From Bacilli bacterium (GTDB taxonomy: Bacteria > Bacillota_I > Bacilli_A > RFN20 > CAG-826), in NCBI GenBank assembly GCA_045117995.1, contig JBGUOH010000001.1:746-64745 (forward strand): DNA of 64,000 bases, read 5' to 3'. Under the pieces are notes generated by a model. That model was not told the DNA's origin and did not search any database. It saw only the letters and a program-made list of their open reading frames with translations. Each line of letters starts with the position of its first letter. Within the stretch, counting starts at the first letter, position 1. A program made the position numbers and the translations under genes. Shown here in pieces: positions 27,837-37,063 of the stretch.

Positions 27837-27866
27837 AACAAGCGCTTTTGCTTGTTTTTTATTTTA
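27837..27866 (+). terminator. Rho-independent terminator
   Basis: AACAAGC-gctttt-GCTTGTT hairpin followed by TTTTTTATTTT. Confidence 0.6.
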
Positions 27867-27918
27867 CACACGTGATATATTTATACACGCACAACTCGAA
27901 AGGATAAAATTACATATC

Positions 27919-29196
27919 ATGGAAAGAAAAGTTAAAAAATTAGAACACTGCCATACTGAAGTAACAGTTAACGTCGATAAAGACTTATGGAAAAAAGCGC
28001 AAAACAAAGCTTTCAAGAAAATCGCCGCTAACATCACAGTTCCAGGTTTCCGTAAAGGTAAAGCCCCAGAAAACATGTTAAAAGGCCGTGTTGATCAAAT
28101 GAAAGTCTTCAACGAAGCCATCAATGATGTCCTTCAACCAGTTTACGAAGACGTCTTAAAAGGTGAAAACCTTCAACCAATGGCTAGACCAGCCTTTGAT
28201 GTCACAAAATTAAGTGAAGAAGAATTAGAAGTTAAAGTCACAGTCGTGACCCGCCCAGAAGTTAACCTTGGTAAATATACTGGTTACGAATTAGGCAAAG
28301 AAAACGCTGAAGTCAAAGAAGAAGAAATTGACCAAGCTATTGAACAATTAAGAAAACAAAACGCAACCATCGCTCCAAAAGAAGGCCAAGCTGAAAAAGG
28401 CGACACAGTCGTCATGGACTTCGAAGGTTTCGTTGATGGTGTCCCATTCGATGGCGGCAAAGCTGAAAACCACGAATTAGAATTAGGTAGTGGTCAATTC
28501 ATTCCAGGTTTCGAAGATCAATTAGTCGGTGCCTCCGCTGGTATCGAAGTGGAAGTTAAAGTTAAATTCCCAGAAAACTATGGTCCAGATGAAATCTCTG
28601 GTAAAGATGCGATTTTCAAATGTAAGATTCACGAAGTGAAACAAAAAATCTTACCTGAATTAGATGAAGAATTCATCAAAGACTTAAATTTACCAGAAGT
28701 TGCTAACGTCGAACAATTAAGAGCCAATCGTAAAGACGCAATCCTAAAAAATAAAGAAAACGCCGCTAAACAAAACTACTTAAATAAATTAGTCGACGAA
28801 ATTAAGAAAGTTTCTACATTCGACATCGCTGACGAAGTCATCGCTGAAGAAACAGAAAACCGTAAAAAACAATTTGAACAAAGATTACAACAATCCGGTA
28901 TCGATCTCGAACAATATAAGATCTTAACCAAGACCACCGATGAAGCTTTAACACAACAATTATCCGAAGAAGCTAAAGTTGGTTTAGAAAGCTTCCTCGT
29001 CATGGAAACAGTTGGTGAAAAAGAAAAGATCGATGTCACTAACGAAGAACTTGAAGCCGAACTCGCCAAGATGGGCGAACAATACAAGATGAGTGTTGAC
29101 CAAATCAAACAAGCTTTAGGTCAACAAATTGTGAACTTCCGTCACAATATGCTCATGCAAAAGATTGAACAATTCTTATTCGAAAACAACAAATAA
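27919..29196 (+). CDS. tig: Trigger factor
   Basis: 425 aa. N-terminal ribosome-binding domain (FRKGKAPE signature GFRKGK), central FKBP-type PPIase region (GDTVVMDFEGFVDG). Confidence 0.85.
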   Translation: MERKVKKLEHCHTEVTVNVDKDLWKKAQNKAFKKIAANITVPGFRKGKAPENMLKGRVDQMKVFNEAINDVLQPVYEDVLKGENLQPMARPAFDVTKLSEEELEVKVTVVTRPEVNLGKYTGYELGKENAEVKEEEIDQAIEQLRKQNATIAPKEGQAEKGDTVVMDFEGFVDGVPFDGGKAENHELELGSGQFIPGFEDQLVGASAGIEVEVKVKFPENYGPDEISGKDAIFKCKIHEVKQKILPELDEEFIKDLNLPEVANVEQLRANRKDAILKNKENAAKQNYLNKLVDEIKKVSTFDIADEVIAEETENRKKQFEQRLQQSGIDLEQYKILTKTTDEALTQQLSEEAKVGLESFLVMETVGEKEKIDVTNEELEAELAKMGEQYKMSVDQIKQALGQQIVNFRHNMLMQKIEQFLFENNK

Positions 29197-29232
29197 TTTA
29201 ATTTATTAAATTAAAAAGGAGGTCATGTTTAT

Positions 29233-31560
29233 ATGAGTGATAAACCACAAACATTAACCTTGCCATTATTACCAACACGCAGTTTCGTGCTCTTCCCAAG
29301 CACAATTCAACCAATTGAAGCGGGAAGAAACTTCTCCATTAACGCGATTCATGCTGCCCACTTACAAGCAGACTCATTGCTTTTTGTGGCGTGCCAAAAA
29401 AATCCAAATGATGAATTCATCGATTTTGACAATATCTATCACGTTGGTAGTTTATGCCGTATCGTTTCCATCGTGGAAAAAGGCGACCTAGTTCGTGTTA
29501 GAGTGGATGTCGTCGAAAGAATCGTTTTAAACGAAGTGACATTCGACCAAACCAATGGTTACTATGTCGCTAATGCGGTTATCGATAACGTTCCACAAAT
29601 GGACGAGGTCACAAACGAATCAATTATTCGTGCGATTGTTGATAAATTAAACAACTTACCAAACGTGTTGTCTCTTTTAAACAAGTCCACTTTAAACCAA
29701 GTGAACAAAGTGAAAGACGCAGCCAGTTTATGCTATATCCTTGCTAGCAACATGCAATCTTCTACAGAAGAAAAGCAAGCCATGCTTGAATGTAACAATG
29801 TTAATGAACTCATGGAAAAAGTCTTAAGACTTATTTCTGGTGAACAAACCAAAGCACAAATCGATGAAAACATCGCTAACAGTGTTCGTGAGTCCACAGA
29901 AAAGAGTCAAAAAGAGTATTTCCTTAGAGAAAAACTTAAAGCCATTAAGAAAGAGTTAGGCGAAGTCACTAACGATGGTAATTCTCCAGAATCAATCTTA
30001 GAGAAACTTGAGAAGAACCCATATCCAGAAAACATCAAAAAGAAAGTCAAAGCGGAACTCGCTAAATTCGATATGATGCCACAAGGCTCACTCGAAGCAG
30101 CGTTAATCCAATCCTACTTAGATGTTCTCATGAACATTCCTTGGTGGGAAAAGACTGAAGATGATGAAGACTTAAAACACGTCGAACAAATTCTTGATGA
30201 AGACCATTATGGTCTTGAGAACCCAAAGAAGAGAATTGTCGAATACTTAGCCATTAAGAAATTAACTGGCAATCTTAAATCCCCAATTCTTTGCTTCTAT
30301 GGTCCTCCAGGCACAGGTAAGACTTCTTTAGGTAAGTCCATCGCTAGAGCGTTAGGAAGAAAATTCTTCAAGTGCTCTTTAGGTGGTATCTCTGATGAAG
30401 CGGAAATCCGTGGTCATAGAAGAACATATGTTGGTGCGCTTCCAGGCCGTATCATTCAAGGCATGAGAAAGGCCGGAGTGACTAACCCTGTGTTTTTACT
30501 CGACGAAGTCGATAAACTCGCTTCTAGCTATAAAGGCGACCCCGCAAGTGCGCTTTTAGAAGTCTTAGACCCAGAACAAAACAACCAATTCAACGATAAC
30601 TACGTTGAAGAACCATACGATTTAAGCGATGTCTTATTCATTTGTACCGCGAACTATTTAGACAATATTCCTGGTCCATTAAGAGATCGTCTTGAATTAA
30701 TTCAACTTTCTTCCTATACCGAAATTGAGAAGATGCACATCGCTACTGAACATTTAGTGAAAAAGCAAATCGCTCTTAACGGTTTAAAAGAAGAACAAGT
30801 ATCCTTCGAAGATGACGCTTTGAGATTCATCATCCGTTCTTACACACGTGAAGCGGGTGTCCGTGAACTCGAAAGAAAGATTGCTTCCTGTTTAAGAAAG
30901 GTCGCTGTCGCTTATGTTAAAGATCCAAGCATCGAACATACAGTCGTCACACCTGACAAAGTCAGAGAATATCTCGGTGTTCCATATTTCGAAGATACAC
31001 AAAAAGAAAAAGAAGCCCAAGTTGGTGTTGTTACTGGCTTAGCTTATACAGAATATGGTGGTGACATCTTACCAATCGAAGTTAACTACTTCAAAGGTAA
31101 AGGTGCTCTCATCTTAACTGGTCATTTAGGCGATGTGATGAAGGAGAGTGCTTCTATTGCCCTTGACTACGTCAAGAGTAACGCTGAAGCTTTCCAAATC
31201 GATCCAGAAATCTTCGCTAACAATGATATCCATATCCACGTTCCTGAAGGTGCTGTTCCAAAAGATGGTCCAAGCGCAGGCGTGGCCATGACATGTGCAA
31301 TTATTTCTTGCTTAAGCAAACGTCCAGTTTCTCCAGATGTGGCGATGACTGGTGAAGTGACCTTAAGAGGACAATCTTTACCAATTGGTGGTTTAAGAGA
31401 AAAATCTTTAGCCGCCTTAAGAAGTGGTATTAAGAAAATTGTCGTTCCAAAAGACAATAAAAAGGATGTCGACGAACTTCCTAAGGAAGTTAAAGACACT
31501 CTTAAAATCGTCTATATGTCTTCTGTGGAAGACGCAATTAAAGAAAGCTTTGTGAGATGA
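29233..31560 (+). CDS. lon: ATP-dependent protease Lon (LonA)
   Basis: 775 aa. Lon N-domain. AAA+ Walker A GPPGTGKTS. Protease domain with the catalytic serine in DGPSAG and the lysine in the KDVDELPKEVK region. Confidence 0.9.
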   Translation: MSDKPQTLTLPLLPTRSFVLFPSTIQPIEAGRNFSINAIHAAHLQADSLLFVACQKNPNDEFIDFDNIYHVGSLCRIVSIVEKGDLVRVRVDVVERIVLNEVTFDQTNGYYVANAVIDNVPQMDEVTNESIIRAIVDKLNNLPNVLSLLNKSTLNQVNKVKDAASLCYILASNMQSSTEEKQAMLECNNVNELMEKVLRLISGEQTKAQIDENIANSVRESTEKSQKEYFLREKLKAIKKELGEVTNDGNSPESILEKLEKNPYPENIKKKVKAELAKFDMMPQGSLEAALIQSYLDVLMNIPWWEKTEDDEDLKHVEQILDEDHYGLENPKKRIVEYLAIKKLTGNLKSPILCFYGPPGTGKTSLGKSIARALGRKFFKCSLGGISDEAEIRGHRRTYVGALPGRIIQGMRKAGVTNPVFLLDEVDKLASSYKGDPASALLEVLDPEQNNQFNDNYVEEPYDLSDVLFICTANYLDNIPGPLRDRLELIQLSSYTEIEKMHIATEHLVKKQIALNGLKEEQVSFEDDALRFIIRSYTREAGVRELERKIASCLRKVAVAYVKDPSIEHTVVTPDKVREYLGVPYFEDTQKEKEAQVGVVTGLAYTEYGGDILPIEVNYFKGKGALILTGHLGDVMKESASIALDYVKSNAEAFQIDPEIFANNDIHIHVPEGAVPKDGPSAGVAMTCAIISCLSKRPVSPDVAMTGEVTLRGQSLPIGGLREKSLAALRSGIKKIVVPKDNKKDVDELPKEVKDTLKIVYMSSVEDAIKESFVR

Positions 31561-32135
31561 TCAATTTTTTAAACGCGACATTTATCAAATCTTGCCCAAA
31601 TAGAGACGAAAGACCTCAGGCGCAAAAACCTGAGGTTTTAATCGTCGGGCGTTCCAATGTTGGTAAATCATCTTTGATTAACGCTTTAACACAAAGAAAG
31701 AAATTAGCCTTTACTAGCTCTAAACCAGGCCATACACGTCTATTAAATTATTATGATATAGACGCTAAGTTCTATCTCGTAGACGCTCCTGGATATGGCT
31801 ACGCTAAAGGTGGCATTGATTTAGATAAACTCTTCGCGGAAATGATGGAATCATATTTCGCTGATAATAAAGATTTAAAACTCGTTTTAATTCTTTTAGA
31901 CGCTAGAAGAGAACTCAATGTTGACGACATTCAAATCATTGATTACGTGAAAGAAAATGAGATTCCTTTCGCCGTGGTCATTACTAAGTGTGATAAGGTT
32001 AATCAAAAAGAGAGAGCCGCGCTTAATAAACATCTCAAAGAAATGGAACTTACTAACGAACAGGTTTATTTCACATCCGCTTTAAAAGCGCATACACTAG
32101 ACCTTTTGAAAAAAGGGATTGAGAAAAGCCTTTAG
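31557..32135 (+). CDS. engB: Ribosome-biogenesis GTPase YihA/EngB
   Basis: 192 aa. G1 GRSNVGKSS, G3 DAPGYG, G4 TKCD. Start overlaps the lon stop (ATGA). Confidence 0.85.
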   Translation: MINFLNATFIKSCPNRDERPQAQKPEVLIVGRSNVGKSSLINALTQRKKLAFTSSKPGHTRLLNYYDIDAKFYLVDAPGYGYAKGGIDLDKLFAEMMESYFADNKDLKLVLILLDARRELNVDDIQIIDYVKENEIPFAVVITKCDKVNQKERAALNKHLKEMELTNEQVYFTSALKAHTLDLLKKGIEKSL

Positions 32136-32146
32136 TTTAGTATAAT
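32119..32146 (+). promoter_or_regulatory. Sigma-70-like promoter for the valS leader (TTGAGA-N16-TATAAT)
   Basis: Hexamers TTGAGA (32119-32124) and TATAAT (32141-32146) with a 16-nt spacer, directly upstream of the T-box leader. Confidence 0.4.
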
Positions 32147-32152
32147 AATTAA

Positions 32153-32350
32153 CGTCCGTTGAAGAAGAGGAGTAATCTAATTACCGCTCATAGAGAGTCG
32201 AGGATGGTGGAAGCTCGATAGCAGGCTTAGATGAAGGTCGCTTTGGAGGAATAGTTACCTAGCGAAAATAGGTTAATGAAGTGCGTAGGCCAAATGTCTA
32301 CGAACTAAGGTGGTACCACGCGTAAGCGTCCTTAGATAGGGCGTTTTTAT
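32153..32350 (+). ncRNA. T-box riboswitch leader of valS (probable Val GUC specifier)
   Basis: A ~200-nt leader before an aminoacyl-tRNA synthetase gene. AGAGAG (AG-box-like) near the 5' end. A hairpin TCGAG-gatggtggaag-CTCGA. Conserved T-box sequence AACTAAGGTGGTACCACGCG at 32304-32322. A terminator-like hairpin AAGCGTCC-ttagata-GGGCGTTT followed by a U-run just before the valS RBS GGAGG. Confidence 0.6.
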
Positions 32351-32367
32351 TTTATGGAGGTAAGTTT

Positions 32368-34962
32368 ATGTTAGATAAACGTTACGATCACTTACAAGTA
32401 GAAAAAGATAAGTACCAGAACTGGAAGAGTAAGGGTTACTTCACAAGTGGTGATATTTCTAAGAAACCATTTAGTATTGTTATCCCTCCTCCAAACGTTA
32501 CTGGTAAGTTACATATTGGTCATACTTGGGACACAACTATTCAAGACATTATTGTCCGCTATAAGAAGATGCAAGGCTACGATGTTTTATGGCTTCCAGG
32601 CATGGATCACGCGGGTATTGCTACCCAAGCTAAAGTCATGGAAAAGCTCAGAAATATGGGTAAAGACGTGACGAAAATCACACGTGAAGAGTTTTTACAA
32701 TGGGCTTGGTCATGGAAAGATGAATACGCAAGTCACATCCATGAACAATGGGCTCAAATGGGTTTAGCGCTTGACTATACCAAGGAAAGATTCACCCTTG
32801 ATGAAGGCTTAAACTACGCTGTTAGAACAGTCTTCGTCACCTTATATAACAAAGGATTAATTTATCAAGGCGAAAGAATTATTAACTGGGACCCAGTGCA
32901 AATGACAGCCCTCTCTAACGTCGAAGTTATCCACCAAGACGATAAGGGTTATATGTACTATTTCAAATATCCAATCGTGGGTTCAGATGAATACTTAACA
33001 GTGGCCACAACAAGACCAGAAACCATGTTCGGTGATGTCTGTGTTGTCGTTAATCCTGAAGATAAAAGATATACAAAATATCACGGAATGAAGGTTATCA
33101 ATCCAGCAAACGGAGATGAACTTCCAATTATCTGTGATGAATACGTTGATATTGAATTTGGTACTGGTGCCATGAAATGTACACCTGCCCATGACCCTAA
33201 TGACTTTATCATTGGTCAAAAATATGGCTTAGAAATGCCAATCATCTTTAATAAAGATGCCACAATGAACGAAAAGTGTGGTCAATATAAAGGCATGGAT
33301 AGATTTGTCTGTCGTGAGGCCTTAATTGAAAACATTAAGAAAGATGGTAACTTTGTTAAACAAGAAGAAATCGTCCACCCAGTTGGTCACAGTGAAAGAA
33401 GTAACGCGGTCGTGGAACCAATGCTTTCCAAACAATGGTTCATTAAGATGCGTCCTCTTGCGGATCAAGCTTTAGCCAATCAAAAGAAGAAAGGTGATAA
33501 AGTCTCCTTTGTTCCAGAAAGATTTGAAAAGGTCTTCATCCAATGGATGGAAAAAGCGGAAGACTGGTGTATTTCCCGTCAATTATGGTGGGGTCATCGT
33601 ATTCCTGCTTATTACAATAAGCATACTGGTGAAGTTAAGGTCTTAATGGATCCACCAGCGGACATGGAAAACTGGGAACAAGAAAGCGATGTTCTTGATA
33701 CTTGGTTCTCCAGTGCTTTATGGCCATTCTCCACAATGGGTTGGCCAAACAAAACTCCAGAATTAGAAAGATACTTCCCAACCGATGTCTTAGTCACAGG
33801 TTACGATATTATCTTCTTCTGGGTTTCTAGAATGATTTTCCAAAGCTTAGAAATGAATGGCGTTAGACCATTTAAAGAAGTTGTTATTCATGGTCTTGTT
33901 AGAGACGAATTAGGCCGTAAAATGTCTAAGACATTAGGTAACGGTGTTGACCCAATTAAAGTCATCGCTGATTACGGCGCTGATGCCTTAAGATATTTCT
34001 TAACAACCAACAGTACACCTGGACAAGATATGAGATATATTGATGAAAAGGTGCAAGCGGCTTCTAATTATTTAAATAAAATATGGAATAGCGCGCGTTA
34101 CGTGTTATCTATCTTAGGTGATGACTATAAAGAAGAGCCATTATCTTTAGATAAGATGTCCGCTCTTGATAAGTGGATTATTAATAGACTTAATACCACA
34201 ATCAAGAATGTCACCATGAATATGGATAAATATGACTTCAACGCGGCTAGTAACCACCTTTATAACTTCGTTTATGATGATTTCTGCTCTCAATACTTAG
34301 AAATGTCTAAAGTCGCTCTCAATAGCGATAATGAAGAAAGTAAGAATACCACAAAAGCGGTGTTACTTAAGTGCTTGAAGAATACTATTCTTCTCATCTA
34401 TCCATACACTCCATTCATCGCTGAAGAATTATATTGCTCACTTCCAACTCACTTAGAATCCATCATGCTTGAAACATATCCAAAATATGACAAGAAGTTA
34501 TTCGATGATTCTAAAGACTATCAAGTTGAGTTATTGTTCAACCTCATCAAAGATGTGAGAAACTACAAGATTGAAAACAAGTTAGCACCAAACGCTAGCC
34601 TCGACTTATCCTTATTATTAAAAGAAGAAATGTTTGATGGCTTCTTAGCCTATCTTAAGAGATTCTCCTTCTCTGAAGTGAAACTCTTAAATAAAGATCA
34701 ACACGTCGAAGGTGAATCACACATCTATAACGAAGCGGAACTTTATATCGCTAGTGGCATTGATAAAGCCGAACTCTTAGCGAAGTTAGATAAAGATATT
34801 GAAGCCTTAAATAACGAAATCAAACGTTGTGAAAACATGCTCAATAATCCTAACTTTACAAGCAAGGCTCCAGAAGCTAAAGTGGCCCTTGAAAGAGAAA
34901 AATTAGCCAAACACCAAGAAAATTTGCAAGTTTTATTAGAAAAAAGAAAGAAAATTGCATAA
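32368..34962 (+). CDS. valS: Valyl-tRNA synthetase
   Basis: 864 aa. HIGH motif (PNVTGKLHIGH), KMSKS (KMSKT), CP1 editing domain and C-terminal coiled coil. Confidence 0.9.
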   Translation: MLDKRYDHLQVEKDKYQNWKSKGYFTSGDISKKPFSIVIPPPNVTGKLHIGHTWDTTIQDIIVRYKKMQGYDVLWLPGMDHAGIATQAKVMEKLRNMGKDVTKITREEFLQWAWSWKDEYASHIHEQWAQMGLALDYTKERFTLDEGLNYAVRTVFVTLYNKGLIYQGERIINWDPVQMTALSNVEVIHQDDKGYMYYFKYPIVGSDEYLTVATTRPETMFGDVCVVVNPEDKRYTKYHGMKVINPANGDELPIICDEYVDIEFGTGAMKCTPAHDPNDFIIGQKYGLEMPIIFNKDATMNEKCGQYKGMDRFVCREALIENIKKDGNFVKQEEIVHPVGHSERSNAVVEPMLSKQWFIKMRPLADQALANQKKKGDKVSFVPERFEKVFIQWMEKAEDWCISRQLWWGHRIPAYYNKHTGEVKVLMDPPADMENWEQESDVLDTWFSSALWPFSTMGWPNKTPELERYFPTDVLVTGYDIIFFWVSRMIFQSLEMNGVRPFKEVVIHGLVRDELGRKMSKTLGNGVDPIKVIADYGADALRYFLTTNSTPGQDMRYIDEKVQAASNYLNKIWNSARYVLSILGDDYKEEPLSLDKMSALDKWIINRLNTTIKNVTMNMDKYDFNAASNHLYNFVYDDFCSQYLEMSKVALNSDNEESKNTTKAVLLKCLKNTILLIYPYTPFIAEELYCSLPTHLESIMLETYPKYDKKLFDDSKDYQVELLFNLIKDVRNYKIENKLAPNASLDLSLLLKEEMFDGFLAYLKRFSFSEVKLLNKDQHVEGESHIYNEAELYIASGIDKAELLAKLDKDIEALNNEIKRCENMLNNPNFTSKAPEAKVALEREKLAKHQENLQVLLEKRKKIA

Positions 34963-34985
34963 TTTTAGGAAAAATTTCAATTTAG

Positions 34986-35019
34986 CCTCCTATTTATTAA
35001 GTAGGAGGTTTTATTTTTT
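34986..35019 (+). terminator. Terminator hairpin after valS; its 3' arm doubles as the SD of the next small ORF
   Basis: CCTCCTA-tttattaag-TAGGAGG followed by TTTTATTTTTT and then ATG 35020. Confidence 0.5.
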
Positions 35020-35202
35020 ATGACTTACAAACTAATGACTACTGAAGAGATGCAAAACCATTATGTTGGTGAAGCAATCACCTTGACCGCAGTGATGGCA
35101 ATCCTTGCTGTAGCGATTGTCGCTGTTGTCATTTATCGCTTGTTCAGAAGTGGTAAAGGTGGCGTCTCAATTCCAGGTGGCTGGAAATTCTCTTGGAACT
35201 AA
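35020..35202 (+). CDS. Small membrane protein (60 aa, one TM helix), unknown function
   Basis: MTYKLMTTEEMQNHYVGEAITLTAVMAILAVAIVAVVIYRLF... is a hydrophobic helix. AGGAGG lies 11 nt upstream. The stop overlaps the start of the following radC-like gene. Confidence 0.4.
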   Translation: MTYKLMTTEEMQNHYVGEAITLTAVMAILAVAIVAVVIYRLFRSGKGGVSIPGGWKFSWN

Positions 35203-35888
35203 TGAGTAAAATTAATGATTTATCTAATCTTGATAAACCAAGAGAAAAAGCTGAACGTTTTGGAATTGAAAAACTCACAGACGAAGAACTTTTAGCGTTA
35301 ATTATCAACGTTGGAACAGTGGGGCATTCATCTTTAGAGATTGCTAAAGACTTGCTCAAAGAAAGTGGTTCTCTTAATGAATTAATGGGTAAACCACATC
35401 AGTACTTTCAAACGTTTAAGGGGTTAAAGAAAGTTAACGCTTTAAAGCTCGCTTCGGTGATGGAAATCGCGAGAAGAATTGATGAAAAAAGACAACTTAT
35501 TAAAGAAGAAAAAGCAGAGGTCAACAGTGACTCTCTTTATCATCGTTATTCCCTTTCTTTAATGGGTCAAGTACAAGAGATTTTCAGCATTATTATTCTT
35601 AATAAGAATAAACAAATCGTTTATGAGACGACTTTGTATAAAGGAAATGATAACCATGTCATCATCTCAATTCGCGATATTGTGCGGCTGATTTTGCTCC
35701 ATAACGGCTACTATTATTATCTCATTCATAATCACCCAAACGATAGTTCAGAACCAAGCCAAGTCGACATTGATTTCACAATGAAAATCAGAGCTAAAAC
35801 TGACAAGATTGGGGTTAAGTTGATTGATCATCTCATCATCACTAAAAACGGATACTACTCTTTTTTGCACGATAAACTATTTAATTGA
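35193..35888 (+). CDS. radC: RadC-like JAB-domain protein (UPF0758)
   Basis: N-terminal HhH-like segment (LTDEELLALIINVGTVGHSSLEIAKDLL) and a JAB/MPN metalloenzyme motif HNHPNDSSEPSQVD. The start may instead be ATG 35202. Confidence 0.75.
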   Translation: MELMSKINDLSNLDKPREKAERFGIEKLTDEELLALIINVGTVGHSSLEIAKDLLKESGSLNELMGKPHQYFQTFKGLKKVNALKLASVMEIARRIDEKRQLIKEEKAEVNSDSLYHRYSLSLMGQVQEIFSIIILNKNKQIVYETTLYKGNDNHVIISIRDIVRLILLHNGYYYYLIHNHPNDSSEPSQVDIDFTMKIRAKTDKIGVKLIDHLIITKNGYYSFLHDKLFN

Positions 35889-35911
35889 TATTAAAAATGT
35901 GTAAAATTGAG

Positions 35912-35940
35912 TTGCACGCTTTTATAACTTATGTTATATT
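35912..35940 (+). promoter_or_regulatory. Sigma-70-like promoter of the rplU-prp-rpmA operon (TTGCAC-N17-TATATT)
   Basis: TTGCAC at 35912-35917, a 17-nt spacer, TATATT at 35935-35940. An untranslated leader of about 100 nt precedes rplU. Confidence 0.5.
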
Positions 35941-36046
35941 ACATGCGTTGTCGCCTCACTAGCTACAACCGCATAGAAAAGGTTTCCTAAACTTATTAAG
36001 TGCCTTAATAGCGAGTACTTAGTGAATTAACAAAAGGAGGGACATT

Positions 36047-36355
36047 ATGTACGCAATTATTGAAACTGGTGGAAAACAAGTTCGCGTGGAAGTTGGTAGC
36101 AAAATCTACGTCGAAAAACTCGATGCCGAAGTCGGTGCCACAATCACCCTCGACAAAGTTCTCTTAATCGGAGACAAAGCTGTCAAAGTTGGTAACCCAT
36201 ATATCAAAGGTGCCAGCGTTGCTGCTAAAGTCGAAAAACAAGGCAAAAGTAAAAAAATCCGCGTCTTCAAGTACAAAGCAAAGGCTAACGAACACAAGAC
36301 CATTGGTCATCGTCAACCATATACTTGCTTAGTAATCGAAGCTATCAATGCCTAA
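36047..36355 (+). CDS. rplU: Ribosomal protein L21
   Basis: 102 aa. [17 protein letters not shown]... is the canonical bL21 N-terminus. GGAGGG SD. Confidence 0.9.
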   Translation: MYAIIETGGKQVRVEVGSKIYVEKLDAEVGATITLDKVLLIGDKAVKVGNPYIKGASVAAKVEKQGKSKKIRVFKYKAKANEHKTIGHRQPYTCLVIEAINA

Positions 36356-36357
36356 TC

Positions 36358-36669
36358 ATGATTAAAGTGATAATTGGCCGTGCATCTAATAATCAAATTA
36401 ATTTCTTAGAAATTAAGGGTCACGCTAATAGCGCTCCACATGGTGAAGATCTAATCTGCGCTGCTGTGAGTGCGGTTGTGACTGGAGGATTCAATAACTT
36501 AGTTAACGTAAGCGATTACGAAATTAAGTTAGAAGAAGGACATGCTTATTTCAAAAGCGAACGTCCATTAGATGCTCATGATGAAGTAGTGATTGAAACA
36601 ATCGTATGTGGGTTAAACACAATACGTGAAGAAAATCCTAAATTCATCGCTATCAAAACCGATAAGTAA
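36358..36669 (+). CDS. prp: Ribosomal-processing cysteine protease Prp (YsxB family)
   Basis: Lies between rplU and rpmA as in Firmicutes. GHANSAPHGEDLICAAVSAV contains the catalytic His/Cys dyad. Start taken at ATG 36358, the second Met of the track ORF. Confidence 0.8.
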   Translation: MIKVIIGRASNNQINFLEIKGHANSAPHGEDLICAAVSAVVTGGFNNLVNVSDYEIKLEEGHAYFKSERPLDAHDEVVIETIVCGLNTIREENPKFIAIKTDK

Positions 36670-36693
36670 TTCGGTAGAAAAGAGGAAATAAAG

Positions 36694-36978
36694 ATGTTAT
36701 TTAAATTAAATCTCCAACTCTTTGCTAGTAAAAAAGGTGTCGGTTCCACAAAAAACGGACGTGATTCTGCTGGTCGTAGACTTGGCGCAAAAGTCGCTGA
36801 TGGACAATGGTGCCATTCTGGTAGCATTATCTACCGTCAAAGAGGAACAAGAATTTACCCAGGTGTTAACACCAAAAAAGGTAAAGACGATACCATCTTC
36901 GCCACATGTAATGGTGTTGTGAAGTATGAACGTTCTGGCAAAGACAGAACAGTCGTGAAAGTCGTTCCACAAGAATAA
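36694..36978 (+). CDS. rpmA: Ribosomal protein L27 with an N-terminal propeptide
   Basis: [11 protein letters not shown]|[14 protein letters not shown]. The Firmicute-type N-terminal extension is removed by Prp before the conserved [14 protein letters not shown]. Confidence 0.9.
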   Translation: MLFKLNLQLFASKKGVGSTKNGRDSAGRRLGAKVADGQWCHSGSIIYRQRGTRIYPGVNTKKGKDDTIFATCNGVVKYERSGKDRTVVKVVPQE

Positions 36979-36997
36979 TTGACAAAATTGAACATTA

Positions 36998-37022
36998 AGA
37001 CCACAAATTAGTGGTCTTTTTG
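36998..37022 (+). terminator. Rho-independent terminator after rpmA
   Basis: AGACCAC-aaatta-GTGGTCT followed by TTTTT. Confidence 0.65.
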
Positions 37023-37063
37023 TATGCTTTTCTTATATAATAGAAAAGAGAGTAAAAAGTATT

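Noticed and set aside
35889-36046. Structured L21-leader-type regulatory RNA ahead of rplU
   Set aside because: A ~100-nt leader exists after a good promoter, but I could not identify a conserved motif by eye. Reported only as a promoter plus leader; Rfam L21_leader scan needed.
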